This document shows positions 49,921 through 60,371 of a DNA stretch of 64,000 bases, in pieces. Positions within the stretch are counted from its first letter, which is position 1. Each line of letters starts with the position of its first letter. Below the pieces are notes generated by a model. That model was not told where the DNA came from. It did no database searches and saw only the letters and a program-made list of their open reading frames with translations. The DNA is taken from the sequence record DRR723986_22395. One strand, 5' to 3'. The position numbers and the translations under genes are program-made.

Positions 49921-52900
49921 TTATTCACAGGTTGGGCAACAAACAAATGGAACCTTAGTGAGTGGAGATGTTCGCAAAATCCTAAAATGTCCCAAACCTC
50001 TACTCAATGGCCTCATTTCCTCTGGAGTATTAGTAGGAGGTATTTTATCCTTGTCAACGTTCTCCAAAATTTTCTCCATCAGCGGACTCTCCCTGACTTG
50101 TTGAAATTGTTCGAAGTGATCAAATATATTAGTAATGTTACCAAAAACCTCCACCACTAAGACACTGAGTGGGCTATCCTCGGGTAAACCAAACATTTTT
50201 AATCTACTTGCAATTTCTTCAGATGAAAACTTAGCTGTACCGACAGGATGAAGTTCCTTTAAATTTGCAACCAAATGTCCTTTGAGAATTAGGGAATCAT
50301 TTTGAACAAAAGAAGACTTAACCTTAGTAGGAACCTTATTTGGCGCTGAAGCTATTTTCTCCAAATCTTTAAATTGTTCATACTCTTTTTTATCATCAAC
50401 AATTTTTATCCCGATCTGCATTTCCTTTTCCCCCAATAATATATTCCTGAAGTCAAGTCCGTCGGCTTGAAAAACTTGAGCATATAACACTGCCCATAAG
50501 CTCGTTCTAGGTGGTTTGGAAGTAACGTTTTTACCATTCATTACCGCCTTTGCAAAAGGAGAAGTAACATACATTTGTTGCTTTCCTCTATTCAAGGTAC
50601 ATAATAAATTAGGAGCAGGATGCTGAATTCCTGTTACTCGAAGTGCTCTACCGAACCTAGCTTGAGCAGTCGACCAAAGGTTATCTTTCACACCGTCAAA
50701 ATGAGCATGCCCTACTCTAAATTCATAAGTAAAAAACCCAAAAAGCTCTGGGCTCTCTGCATGCATACCAGGTGGAAGCGGTAAAATAAAATGTCGATCA
50801 CTATCCAATGATTTAGTCATTTGCTGCATGGCTCCTATTGCTGCCATATCATCGCTCTGGCCAGGAGTGATTATTCTTGTCAGTTCGGGATCGAGATTCA
50901 ATGGGCTTTCTTCTGGTGCTATCAATTGTTCTGGAGCATTATTTGAAATCAACTGATCAGGAGCATTTGCCAACATCCTACAAAAATATAAGTCATCAGG
51001 ATTCTCCACCGGCTCTTCAAATTCAATCCATAAATGCCTCCTTCGCACCTCTGTGGAACTATAATCATCAGATCGATCATATGGAGAAAAGGCCAACCCT
51101 ACACTTTTCATTTTAGGCATTTGCGATGGCGCAATCACTGTTGGCAAAGTTAATTCTTCAAATTCCTTTACTGGGGTTGGTACGTGATTAGGCTTGAATT
51201 TTGGTGTTAGCTTATAATTAACCCAGATTTCATCCGGAAATCGAAGTTCAACCCCATCTCTTTTAAGATCATTTTTGGGTTCTATTGCATCTATAAAAAC
51301 AAGTCGAGTATATCCTCTGTTTATTTCCCCAAAACGATCTTCTTGAAGTGCTTCAAATGAAATAGTATGCTTAAGTTCTATTTCTCCAGCATTTTGAAGG
51401 TTTCTCCATTCACTCTCTAGGTCCCTTCTAAATTTGTACCTCTTACTGATTTGAAAAGCGTCATTCTCCAAACAATCCCAAGTCCAGTCTCTTTCCATTT
51501 TACAACTTATTCCACCAAGCCAGTGAGATTGCAACTCTGCTTTAGATGCGAAGGTCACACTGCTCCCATCCGGAGCTAAAGAATGCTGAATTCGAGAGCT
51601 ACAACCAAATGCTATCCTTTCTCCCTTTGGAGCCAGTAGAGTCATACCTTTGGCTTTACAGCCTAGGGCATCAGCCAACCTATTTACAATATCTGCCTCT
51701 CCAGTTTCTGTAACTCTTTTCAGCAGGTGTGAAAAAAGATTCTTTTTAATCGTCGGAACGCTTTCGGGACGAAGGAAAATGCCCTGCAATTCAGGCACAT
51801 TCCCGTACGGAAATAATAATTGACTCTCTTGAGATGGCTCCTTGTAGAAGCTTAATTGGGTCACTTTCCCATACCTACTATCATTTTCTATATTGGTATC
51901 TATAGAGCCAAAATATTCATCTGGATCATCGTCACTGCTAGCTAAACCTCGTAGAGTTACTCTAATATTTCTGCCCGTAGGTAAGATCAACTGGTCCATT
52001 TCATCTAAATCCGAATTTTTTAGATTATCTATAAAAAATGGATTAGCCTCTTCTCCAAGATTTAAAACCGGGACATCGATGAATTCTATGGGGATATCTA
52101 ATTTTTCATCAAATTCTGAGGGGAAAAAGCGTTTCGTTTGATATAATGTGATGTAGCTGTCAGAACCATTCTGACTTAGGACATTATCCATTCTAAGTGA
52201 TTTCACCTCTACTCTAATATATACTTCATTTACATCAGGATCTGCTAATGCTGGTTTTATAACGTTATTGATAGCAGCCACATTCTTCAATTCTGCAATG
52301 GGGTCCCGTCCCACCTTCTGATATTTTTGAGTAAAAACTACCGCTGGATATTCCAATAATGGTCGATGTAAGGAAATCTTAGGATTAGCAGAAAAAGATG
52401 TTTCTGCAGGATCAGTAGAGTTGAAATATTCTCCTGTCTGATTAAGTAGCTGACTGGGCATTTCAATCCTAAGCATACCAGGAATCACGTAACGCTTGAA
52501 GGCTACATTGGTCACAGGATTTGGCGCACTATTCAATGGCAGCTTATCCACTTTTGGTCCACCTCCGCTTATATCAGTTAAGCGAATTCTAAAGTCATAG
52601 CTTTGTCCATATCTAAGCACAGTATCAATTGGAGCCGGGATCAGCGTGGAATTAGGATCAACTTTCTTCACCTGGCTGCCTTTCAAAATAGCTCCATTTG
52701 CCTGATTATTTTTATAAATCAAAAGCGCGTCAAGATCTTCCGTTACCATGCTTTTGCCAATCCAATGTGCGTAATACATAGGCAACCAAAAATTGCTTGA
52801 ATCCTTCCCTGTCAGCTTAGTAGGATAAACTTGATAAGGAAGTTCTGTTGTAGACGCATCCAATTCCTTTCCCAAATTACTTTCTGGATTTATCTCAACT

Positions 52901-54051
52901 TCATTTAGACTTTCCCACATACTTCCTTCTTCCGCTTCTTTCACATCAATATGATAACCCATCACCCCCAAAGGAGCATCTAGTCTTAACCCTGAACCTA
53001 TGGCTTGAATATCTGTGTTTTCTGTCAGCTGTCTGATATACCACACTAATATCTGCTCATCATCCCATCCCAATCTAATACCTGCCTCGGTTTGGGGATG
53101 AAAACCATCTCTTTTTTCCTTAATAAGATTCCCACTTTTAGGTTGATTAGCATGGACTATTTTTGCAAAACCATCATCATATAATCGGGCCTCCTGAAAA
53201 ACCTCATCCCAAGGTCCCAATGGAATTACTGGAGTTGGATCAGAATTTTTCTTATGAACTACAGGGAAAGTCACAGCCGCAAAAACCGGACGTTCGATGC
53301 CGGGTACCAAAGCTGGAATTCTGGCAGCGTATCGTTTTATTAATGGCCCTTCTGAGTGTTCCAAAAGTTGATCTTGAACTGAAGCATATGGATCATTTAC
53401 TATATCTGCATATATGAAGCCTCCATTTTCAAACCATGATTCTTCCAGAGGTATTGTTACCTTATACACCATTCCACAAGCTTCAGCCAATAAGGGTTGC
53501 TTAAGAATTTGGGCGAAAATCTTGCCCCAACTTATCTTATCTACGGGAGCAACAGGCTGAAGAGGAAGCTTATCCCTTACTGCACATTCATAGCTATCAT
53601 CCGTGACAGCATTGGGATGCCGAGGTTGAGTAAAATTGAAGCTTTTCCTATAAGTTTCAGGCAGATATTTTTTAACGCTCTTGGCCACCTCTACCACTGG
53701 TGGAAGTTTATCGTTGGTATTTCCTATGGTTAGGTTAAAACTCTTGGATACTTTTTCCAGCAAACTTGCCTTTTTTGTAGCTTCTGTGACGGTGACTGGA
53801 ACTAACACCGGCATTCGATCTGGATTTAATGGATTTGAAATTGGGAAGTCATCAGTCCCTCTGACTATCCCCAAACTGAATTGAGGCTGAAAATCAGCAA
53901 ATCCAGGAACGGAATTCGGGCTTGCCGGTCCGGTATTCCAATTAACAAACGGATCCGTATTAGTTGGCACTACTAAAATATTTACAGACAAATTCTTCCC
54001 ATCAAAGTGCTGAGGAAGTGCCATTACTGAAAGAAGTTTTTTAAGTTCCAT
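49921..54051 (-). CDS. Giant hypothetical protein B (1376 aa), proline/beta-rich, possibly with Ig/FN3-like modules; C-terminal CCPTC
   Basis: Uninterrupted 4.1-kb ORF; no signal peptide or recognisable catalytic motif; LRYGQSYDFRIRLTDISG resembles an FN3 strand motif. Confidence 0.85.
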   Translation of the reverse strand: MELKKLLSVMALPQHFDGKNLSVNILVVPTNTDPFVNWNTGPASPNSVPGFADFQPQFSLGIVRGTDDFPISNPLNPDRMPVLVPVTVTEATKKASLLEKVSKSFNLTIGNTNDKLPPVVEVAKSVKKYLPETYRKSFNFTQPRHPNAVTDDSYECAVRDKLPLQPVAPVDKISWGKIFAQILKQPLLAEACGMVYKVTIPLEESWFENGGFIYADIVNDPYASVQDQLLEHSEGPLIKRYAARIPALVPGIERPVFAAVTFPVVHKKNSDPTPVIPLGPWDEVFQEARLYDDGFAKIVHANQPKSGNLIKEKRDGFHPQTEAGIRLGWDDEQILVWYIRQLTENTDIQAIGSGLRLDAPLGVMGYHIDVKEAEEGSMWESLNEVEINPESNLGKELDASTTELPYQVYPTKLTGKDSSNFWLPMYYAHWIGKSMVTEDLDALLIYKNNQANGAILKGSQVKKVDPNSTLIPAPIDTVLRYGQSYDFRIRLTDISGGGPKVDKLPLNSAPNPVTNVAFKRYVIPGMLRIEMPSQLLNQTGEYFNSTDPAETSFSANPKISLHRPLLEYPAVVFTQKYQKVGRDPIAELKNVAAINNVIKPALADPDVNEVYIRVEVKSLRMDNVLSQNGSDSYITLYQTKRFFPSEFDEKLDIPIEFIDVPVLNLGEEANPFFIDNLKNSDLDEMDQLILPTGRNIRVTLRGLASSDDDPDEYFGSIDTNIENDSRYGKVTQLSFYKEPSQESQLLFPYGNVPELQGIFLRPESVPTIKKNLFSHLLKRVTETGEADIVNRLADALGCKAKGMTLLAPKGERIAFGCSSRIQHSLAPDGSSVTFASKAELQSHWLGGISCKMERDWTWDCLENDAFQISKRYKFRRDLESEWRNLQNAGEIELKHTISFEALQEDRFGEINRGYTRLVFIDAIEPKNDLKRDGVELRFPDEIWVNYKLTPKFKPNHVPTPVKEFEELTLPTVIAPSQMPKMKSVGLAFSPYDRSDDYSSTEVRRRHLWIEFEEPVENPDDLYFCRMLANAPDQLISNNAPEQLIAPEESPLNLDPELTRIITPGQSDDMAAIGAMQQMTKSLDSDRHFILPLPPGMHAESPELFGFFTYEFRVGHAHFDGVKDNLWSTAQARFGRALRVTGIQHPAPNLLCTLNRGKQQMYVTSPFAKAVMNGKNVTSKPPRTSLWAVLYAQVFQADGLDFRNILLGEKEMQIGIKIVDDKKEYEQFKDLEKIASAPNKVPTKVKSSFVQNDSLILKGHLVANLKELHPVGTAKFSSEEIASRLKMFGLPEDSPLSVLVVEVFGNITNIFDHFEQFQQVRESPLMEKILENVDKDKIPPTNTPEEMRPLSRGLGHFRILRTSPLTKVPFVCCPTCE

Positions 54052-54081
54052 GATGAAAAAGGTCTATTTAAAAATAAATAT

Positions 54082-54183
54082 TATGTATATCTGCTCGTCT
54101 TCCTGCAAAGTAGGAAAAGCAAAGTAGGATATCTTAAACTTAAGAATTGAAGCCACTTCAGCCTGTTCCGCCAATGCGGGAGT
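54082..54183 (+). repeat. Dispersed intergenic element, copy C, between the two giant genes
   Basis: 83/102 gap-free identities to 36341-36442 by hand count. Confidence 0.88.
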
Positions 54184-54281
54184 CTTTGTTCACTTGTTCT
54201 GAAAATAGCCGATGTATCTTCCAACCTGAAAAACAAAGAATCTAAGCTGACTGGCATTATTGCTAATAATCAAACTAAGAA

Positions 54282-57200
54282 TTAAGCAATCTGTCTGCTT
54301 TCCTGCCATGTCTCCTCAAAATCAATATTGATGATAAAGCAAATGCTGATCTCAAGTCCAAAAGTGACTGACGCTGTGCATTCTGTTCTTTTTTCAGGAA
54401 TAAGTCTAGTAACTGTACCACTGGCTTCAATATAAATAGTCACTGCCACCAAACCACCAACTAAACTTGCCTTACCTCTGAATAGCATAAAAGCAGTGAC
54501 ACTGATTAGGTCCGCACTTGCATACATTTCACATCCTACCATATAGGTGACAGACACATTACCTACAACAGGCAGTCCAACAGCTATGGTGGCTCCAAAG
54601 CCAAGCTTCATAGTCAGGCTTGGACCTATTTTAGTGTCACAAGCTACTTTTAGCTGCACCTCACCGATTGCAAAAATCGTGGCTCCACCCACGGTAACAC
54701 ACATCACTTCGAGCCCACCACGGAACTCAATAAATGCACCTGCGGTAGGTAAAAGTTGTTTTGGATCTGTCGTAACCTTAAGTGCCGCATTGAAATAAAC
54801 CCCTAATGATAAACCAGCTTCTAATTTGAGTGGGGTCTGAGGTGAGTTGTACGCATTTTCTTCTGGCGGAAATCGTACTAAAGGAATTTCTTTAGAAGCT
54901 TCAAATTTGTATTCCCAAATCTCACCTGCATTACTCATGGCTATTTTGAGACCTTTTTGCATTACTGCGCCATAATCTCCGGTACTGAGAGATGCTAAAA
55001 GTTGTAATATATCTATCACAGGCTGTAGCTCATCACTGAACTCAATCTCTGGAGTAGGAAGACCTAGGGCAGGAAAGTCATCATCCTTAAACCCCTCATA
55101 ACCTGACTCTTTACCCTTCTTAGCATCAAAATTCCCTTTAATAGTCATTAAACGTTTAAAACTACCCAAATCGACAACCATAGCCAGATTATTCAATCTA
55201 CTCTTCCATGATTTAGCTGTATCGTTGGCAAAGGAGTCTATATCAAAATTCAGCTTGCTATCTACATAAGTATTTGGATTTTCTTCCTTCTTACCCGTTT
55301 GATAGTCGATATAAATTTTCAATGCTTCCATATCCACCAAATACACTTGGATTGGAGGGAGATCAAAAGCTACCGCTTTCTTCAGAACATCATTAGCACC
55401 AGTAGATAAAAGCTCAAACCCCTGATCTATTATTGATTCCCCTTCTTTTTGGAGTTCAATTTTCAGCATTTCCAAAACTTTAACTCCACCATCTTCCAAA
55501 CCATTCTCTTTGAAAACGCTTGCAGCCGCACCAACACCAGCTAATGCGCCACTGAATAGTACTGCTGCTTTTCCAAATTCATCAATGCCATTTCCCGCAT
55601 TTGGAAAAATACCACTCCCTGCCATTAATCGATAAGCATCTGCATAGAGCATCGGGGTTTTACTAAGAAGCTTTTTAGTTCCATTTTCGAATGATGGCGT
55701 CAAAACAAGTGCTTTCTGGGAAGCAGTGGTTTGGAGTATCCCGAAGTTGACGGTACTTGAGTCAGGATTTCTCAATAATTCTGAAGGGCTGGCTAATCTT
55801 AATAGCTTCGTATTTACATCAGCCTGTTTTACCACGATATCTTTTACCCACTTTCCTACTCTAATCAAGGGAACAGGTATATGCGGAGGTAAAGGAGTCA
55901 CATCGCCAGAACTCACATTATGCTGTACCACAGTCCAGCTACCGGTTTTTGGCAGGATTAGACTACCTCTTGAGGAAGCCACAAAAATTGGGTCTGAAGA
56001 CGATTGGCTTGTAGCATGAGAGAAATCGAACCGTGAAATCCGCATTTGCTGCCCTGATTTATTGACGTCCATTATACAATTAATATCTCCACCTATAATT
56101 CCGCCCTGCAAATTCAACAGTTCTTTAAAGCGGTTAGGACTCAGAGGCACTCCTGTTGGTGCTAATTGTACATATCCCAAGATCTTTTTGGAAGGGGTTC
56201 TGTTTTTAGAATGTCCTTGTACTAAGTTTTCCAGCTCCACATCTGCATCAAACCAAACGGGTCGACATATAATGGGTAATTCTTTGTCAGTATTCTGGTT
56301 CCAAGTTTGTTCTACACCCAATATATCTATATACGTCTCATTCTTTTTTATATAATCTTTTCGTTCAAAATCAGCAATTGACGCATCTTCTTCAATATTT
56401 CTTATGTTGAACAAACCCCGTAATGTGCCCGGATGGATTTCATAAGGATCATGGTGGACCAAATTGCCATTTCTTACGAAATCATATCCGAAATCAAACT
56501 TACCATCTGTCTCAGGTTGCCATCCACTGTCTACACGATAGACGAATCCCGAACTGGTACGAAATAGGGTGATCGTCCGTACCACACGTATTCCCCAAGG
56601 ATAAACCAAGCTTTTCACTTGAATCACTTCATGTCCAGTTCTACCCAGCATAACATCAAATCGAGCTTGACTTGTACTTGCGATCGCTGCAGAAGGGCTT
56701 AGCCAATTACTAAACATGCTCGCTCCGTATCCGGAGAAATCTATTGTTGAGACTGGAACTCCCTTGGGGTCTCCACTTTGGGTGGAAAATTCTGTGTTAA
56801 AAATAGTTGTTACTGAATCACCTAGTGTACTGGCATTGGTGTAGGTACCATATGCGGAAAGAATGTTATTTAATTGAAAGGTAAACCCGTCAAACATCGG
56901 TAAGTCTCTTTCTAAAGGAGGCTTTTTCCCAGCATCACCACCTATAGCTCTAATTTGTATTCCTCCTTGCAAACTATCCGGGAACTTGGGGTTGACCCCT
57001 TCCAGTCGTGGAAGCAAATCTTGATATGGACTTTTTTGTGTGAGTTGAGCTACAGCTTTTAATCCAAAAGGCAACGTAAACTGTGCCAAAAGATCTATCT
57101 TTTTCTGTCTATATTGATCTAATATAAAGGAAGTTAAAGGTATTGGAGATAGAGTTACACTTAAACTACTTGTATTGATAAGTCGTGTAGGTCCACCATC

Positions 57201-59582
57201 ATTAAGGTAATAATTATATCCCCCAGGTGGGTCCATAGGTTGTGGAGGATTGGGAGGAGTGGTCAAATTCAATACAGGCTCCCAGGCCACCTGAGGCAAT
57301 AAGAATACCCTTGCCAAATATCCCGGAACTTTCACCTGCATTCCTTCTACAGAAATCATTTGTCCATCTTGTGCGACAACGTTAGCCTCGGTTTCTGTCT
57401 TGTGGGTTGCTACCCCAGTAACTTGCCGCTGGGATATTGCTCCCACGTTCGTGCCGAGGCTCACCCCAACTTGATTTGCATTGGAACTTACATCCAGCAA
57501 TGTGAAAAAATCCCGAGAGAAACCTGACACTTGCTTATCATATTCAGCCTCATAGTCTGGCGTTTTTGCCTTGGTGCTTGCACTTTTGGGCACATTTGAA
57601 TCGCTACTAAGTCTATAGACTACCTTTTCAGACTCGAAATCTCGTACCGCATTCATAAGCCCTCCAGCTTGAGCATCATTTGAGGTGCCAGAAGCTGGAT
57701 GAGTTACTGCCTGCCCAAAATGGAAAGAAACTAGTACCTCATCATCTTTGTCGGGAATTGGTTTTTGAATAATTCGACATACCAGCCAATTTTTAATGTT
57801 TTGCAGATTGGAACCTTTTCGATTGAAGGATCTACTGAGCTCTCCGAAATTCGCCAAATAAGGATCCGGTAAGGTTGGGAGATATGCCAACATACCAAAA
57901 ACCAAGTAGGTTTGGCTCTCCAAAATTCTTGTCCACTCACCATTACATTTACCAAAAACCATACAGCCATTTACCGGAGATACAGTGAATAATGCATTTT
58001 CCAGTGCTAATGCTATTGATTTAAATTCAGGCACCTTATCAAACGGCAATTTATTATCCCACAGGATATTATCATCCATTAAGAGAAGTAAATTCGACGC
58101 ATCATTTCCAGCTAAAATTAAGGCAGATTCTTTGGTCTTAATTGCAACTGCATGCCCATTTACTTGCTTAGGCCTATCAACATTAACTGAGGTATTACAA
58201 GTAGAAAAAATGAGTTCAGTCCCCTCAGACAGACAGTTATATAAGAAAGCTGTTTTTGAAAGAAATGCGACATCAATCGAGGTTCCATAGGGGTTGAGCT
58301 TATCTTTCCAATGATCAAAATGCATAGCCCCGCCAGATCCATTTGCTGCCAGTGAGGTAATTGCAATTCTTCCTTCTTCTACCAAAAAGAGACTGTCATT
58401 TAACCTGATTTTTTGAGTCTCAACGTTGGCCCAACTAAACTGAATTCCTGACTCCCATTCTTCCACCATCCCTCCTATCCCAGATACTTCTAAAGGAGCA
58501 TTTATATCTAAGGATGCCGCCGGAATTGCCCACCAACTCAATTTAACCTTAGCTTCGCCGGACAACTCCGCCCAATTCCCTTGCACTTTCTTAGGAGAAA
58601 AAACTTTGCCTTTTGAATCAGGTGCAAATGGGATACAAAATCGACTGAGTTGGGTGTTATAGGTAGCTGCTTTGTTCTGAAAGCCGAAAGAATTTGAATT
58701 CCCATACACGTTCCATTGAGCATCACCAGCACTAATTATCTGCCCTAAACCTGAGCCCGTAAACTTGAATTTAATAGCTTCAGGGCATTGAAGCGACATC
58801 TCAGCTGCATCTCTGCCATATTTCTTCAAGCTTTTATTTCCTTTTACAGGAGGTGAATCAAGTTTTAGATCTACAGTTACTTGGGTATTCATCCCCAAAA
58901 GGAGGTTATTTCCATTTAGCACTGGCTTAGCTGTCAATGAAATTGTCCCAGCTAGTATTTTTAGTCCAAAATACCGGTCCTCCGGGGCATTTGATGCAAA
59001 CATTTTAGCTTTAACCCATACACTACCCGCAACCAAGGTGTAGTTTTCAGACACTTCCATGGCAGGACTATTGATTGTCTGAACTCTAGGTTTAGTGAAT
59101 TTTGCTTTAAAAAATATCAAAGGTTCATTTGACCCTTGTTGCCGTAACGCAATCAGCTTTTCTACATTGTAAACATCCACGAAAACCTGTAAGCCATCGA
59201 CTCTGGTTATTGGTCCGATTGTTTTATCAACTTTTGCCCCCACAGCCCATGCCGGCACACTCTTTTTCACCTGACTAGTTCGAACCGGAACTTCACGCAC
59301 AAAAACTTTAGTCTCTGGCTGCGCGGTGACCTTTAGCCCACTTACTTCTTTGGAGATTTCATCAATCTTAATTTTATCAGGCTTAGTAAGCCTGTCCTGA
59401 AAGAAAAAATCTGCAGTTTGAACAGTTAATTTTTCAGCTTGAATATCAGTCAGAGACTGGTGTTGTAAGGCTTTTGCCAGAATTGGAATCCCTTCAGTAA
59501 TCGATTTTTTTTCTTTGGAGTCATTAGCCTCTAATTGACTAAATACCTCTGTAAGCAGGGACTGAATCAGGTCTTTTTCCAT
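54282..59582 (-). CDS. Giant hypothetical protein A (1766 aa), beta-rich, with a C-terminal amphipathic beta-meander
   Basis: Uninterrupted 5.3-kb ORF; no signal peptide; the last ~200 aa are successive Gly-rich alternating hydrophobic strands. Confidence 0.85.
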   Translation of the reverse strand: MEKDLIQSLLTEVFSQLEANDSKEKKSITEGIPILAKALQHQSLTDIQAEKLTVQTADFFFQDRLTKPDKIKIDEISKEVSGLKVTAQPETKVFVREVPVRTSQVKKSVPAWAVGAKVDKTIGPITRVDGLQVFVDVYNVEKLIALRQQGSNEPLIFFKAKFTKPRVQTINSPAMEVSENYTLVAGSVWVKAKMFASNAPEDRYFGLKILAGTISLTAKPVLNGNNLLLGMNTQVTVDLKLDSPPVKGNKSLKKYGRDAAEMSLQCPEAIKFKFTGSGLGQIISAGDAQWNVYGNSNSFGFQNKAATYNTQLSRFCIPFAPDSKGKVFSPKKVQGNWAELSGEAKVKLSWWAIPAASLDINAPLEVSGIGGMVEEWESGIQFSWANVETQKIRLNDSLFLVEEGRIAITSLAANGSGGAMHFDHWKDKLNPYGTSIDVAFLSKTAFLYNCLSEGTELIFSTCNTSVNVDRPKQVNGHAVAIKTKESALILAGNDASNLLLLMDDNILWDNKLPFDKVPEFKSIALALENALFTVSPVNGCMVFGKCNGEWTRILESQTYLVFGMLAYLPTLPDPYLANFGELSRSFNRKGSNLQNIKNWLVCRIIQKPIPDKDDEVLVSFHFGQAVTHPASGTSNDAQAGGLMNAVRDFESEKVVYRLSSDSNVPKSASTKAKTPDYEAEYDKQVSGFSRDFFTLLDVSSNANQVGVSLGTNVGAISQRQVTGVATHKTETEANVVAQDGQMISVEGMQVKVPGYLARVFLLPQVAWEPVLNLTTPPNPPQPMDPPGGYNYYLNDGGPTRLINTSSLSVTLSPIPLTSFILDQYRQKKIDLLAQFTLPFGLKAVAQLTQKSPYQDLLPRLEGVNPKFPDSLQGGIQIRAIGGDAGKKPPLERDLPMFDGFTFQLNNILSAYGTYTNASTLGDSVTTIFNTEFSTQSGDPKGVPVSTIDFSGYGASMFSNWLSPSAAIASTSQARFDVMLGRTGHEVIQVKSLVYPWGIRVVRTITLFRTSSGFVYRVDSGWQPETDGKFDFGYDFVRNGNLVHHDPYEIHPGTLRGLFNIRNIEEDASIADFERKDYIKKNETYIDILGVEQTWNQNTDKELPIICRPVWFDADVELENLVQGHSKNRTPSKKILGYVQLAPTGVPLSPNRFKELLNLQGGIIGGDINCIMDVNKSGQQMRISRFDFSHATSQSSSDPIFVASSRGSLILPKTGSWTVVQHNVSSGDVTPLPPHIPVPLIRVGKWVKDIVVKQADVNTKLLRLASPSELLRNPDSSTVNFGILQTTASQKALVLTPSFENGTKKLLSKTPMLYADAYRLMAGSGIFPNAGNGIDEFGKAAVLFSGALAGVGAAASVFKENGLEDGGVKVLEMLKIELQKEGESIIDQGFELLSTGANDVLKKAVAFDLPPIQVYLVDMEALKIYIDYQTGKKEENPNTYVDSKLNFDIDSFANDTAKSWKSRLNNLAMVVDLGSFKRLMTIKGNFDAKKGKESGYEGFKDDDFPALGLPTPEIEFSDELQPVIDILQLLASLSTGDYGAVMQKGLKIAMSNAGEIWEYKFEASKEIPLVRFPPEENAYNSPQTPLKLEAGLSLGVYFNAALKVTTDPKQLLPTAGAFIEFRGGLEVMCVTVGGATIFAIGEVQLKVACDTKIGPSLTMKLGFGATIAVGLPVVGNVSVTYMVGCEMYASADLISVTAFMLFRGKASLVGGLVAVTIYIEASGTVTRLIPEKRTECTASVTFGLEISICFIINIDFEETWQESRQIA

Positions 59583-60312
59583 AATAAAAAGTGTTTAGAC
59601 TTGTGAAGCCCTCTCATGATAAAAACTGTTTACTTCTGCTACCACATAAAAATCGACACCAAACAATTAAAAATTAAAAGAGCATTATCAAGTTAGTAAT
59701 AAATCCAAATAATCCCTAAGACCATCCAATCTATATCATTGAATATCTACCAATTATGAAATTATTTTTAGTAATATTCACTAACCAGGATTAGGGTTAA
59801 TAAAAATGAAATCTATTAAATACTTAATACTGAGAACGCATTATCACCTATGGAATTAGCTGTACTGATGAATAACATTTAACCAGAAAAAGTTATATCC
59901 ACTTGAGTCTATTGAAATAAGCATTCCAGTTCATTGGAATCTTCAGGACTATCAAGTATGCATATTTCGCTATAACCTAGCTCAAGGGATAAGGATCCTA
60001 CAATTATACTTCGCTAATAACTGATGTCAGCACTTTTCCCGGTGGTAGAAATTTTTTTCTGCTAGTTGGATTAAATTATCTTCAAGCCTGGAATCCTTCA
60101 CAATAGATGAATTGCTATAGAGACAGGGTGAATTATACAAGAATAATTTACCGAACCTAAAGGGACCCTCAGAGCCAGAAAGGGAGCTTATCCTGCATTT
60201 TGAAATCAAACTACTCCTTTAAATTAGCAAGGAATTTATTCTGGTAATTGGGAGGCATTCGATAAAATGACCAAGGAATTTTAAAACATGACAAAAATCT
60301 TCTTTATTTTTC

Positions 60313-60343
60313 TTTAGATTCATTCCAAATAGTTCTATTTTTG
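60313..60343 (+). promoter_or_regulatory. feoAB promoter (-7 TATTTTTG) with an adjacent AT-rich near-palindrome (candidate iron-repressor box)
   Basis: TTTAGATTCATTCCAAATA at 60313-60331, immediately upstream of TATTTTTG at 60336-60343. Confidence 0.5.
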
Positions 60344-60371
60344 CAACCGGTCAAAAGACCTATACAAATAT

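Noticed and set aside
52745-52775. Possible Walker A motif (HWIGKS) in giant protein B
   Set aside because: It lacks the G/A-x4-GK[ST] spacing, and no Walker B context is evident.
26-54183. Three-copy element considered as a CRISPR repeat or as prophage/island att sites
   Set aside because: The copies are tens of kb apart, only about 80% identical, one is inverted, they flank housekeeping genes, and there are no cas or integrase genes in the window.
49921-59582. Giant genes as part of a contractile injection system, T6SS or RHS toxin locus
   Set aside because: No sheath, tube, baseplate, VgrG/PAAR or YD-repeat signatures in or near the genes.
60027-60209. 60-aa minus-strand ORF upstream of the giant genes
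   Set aside because: Non-ATG start, no recognisable motif; probably spurious.
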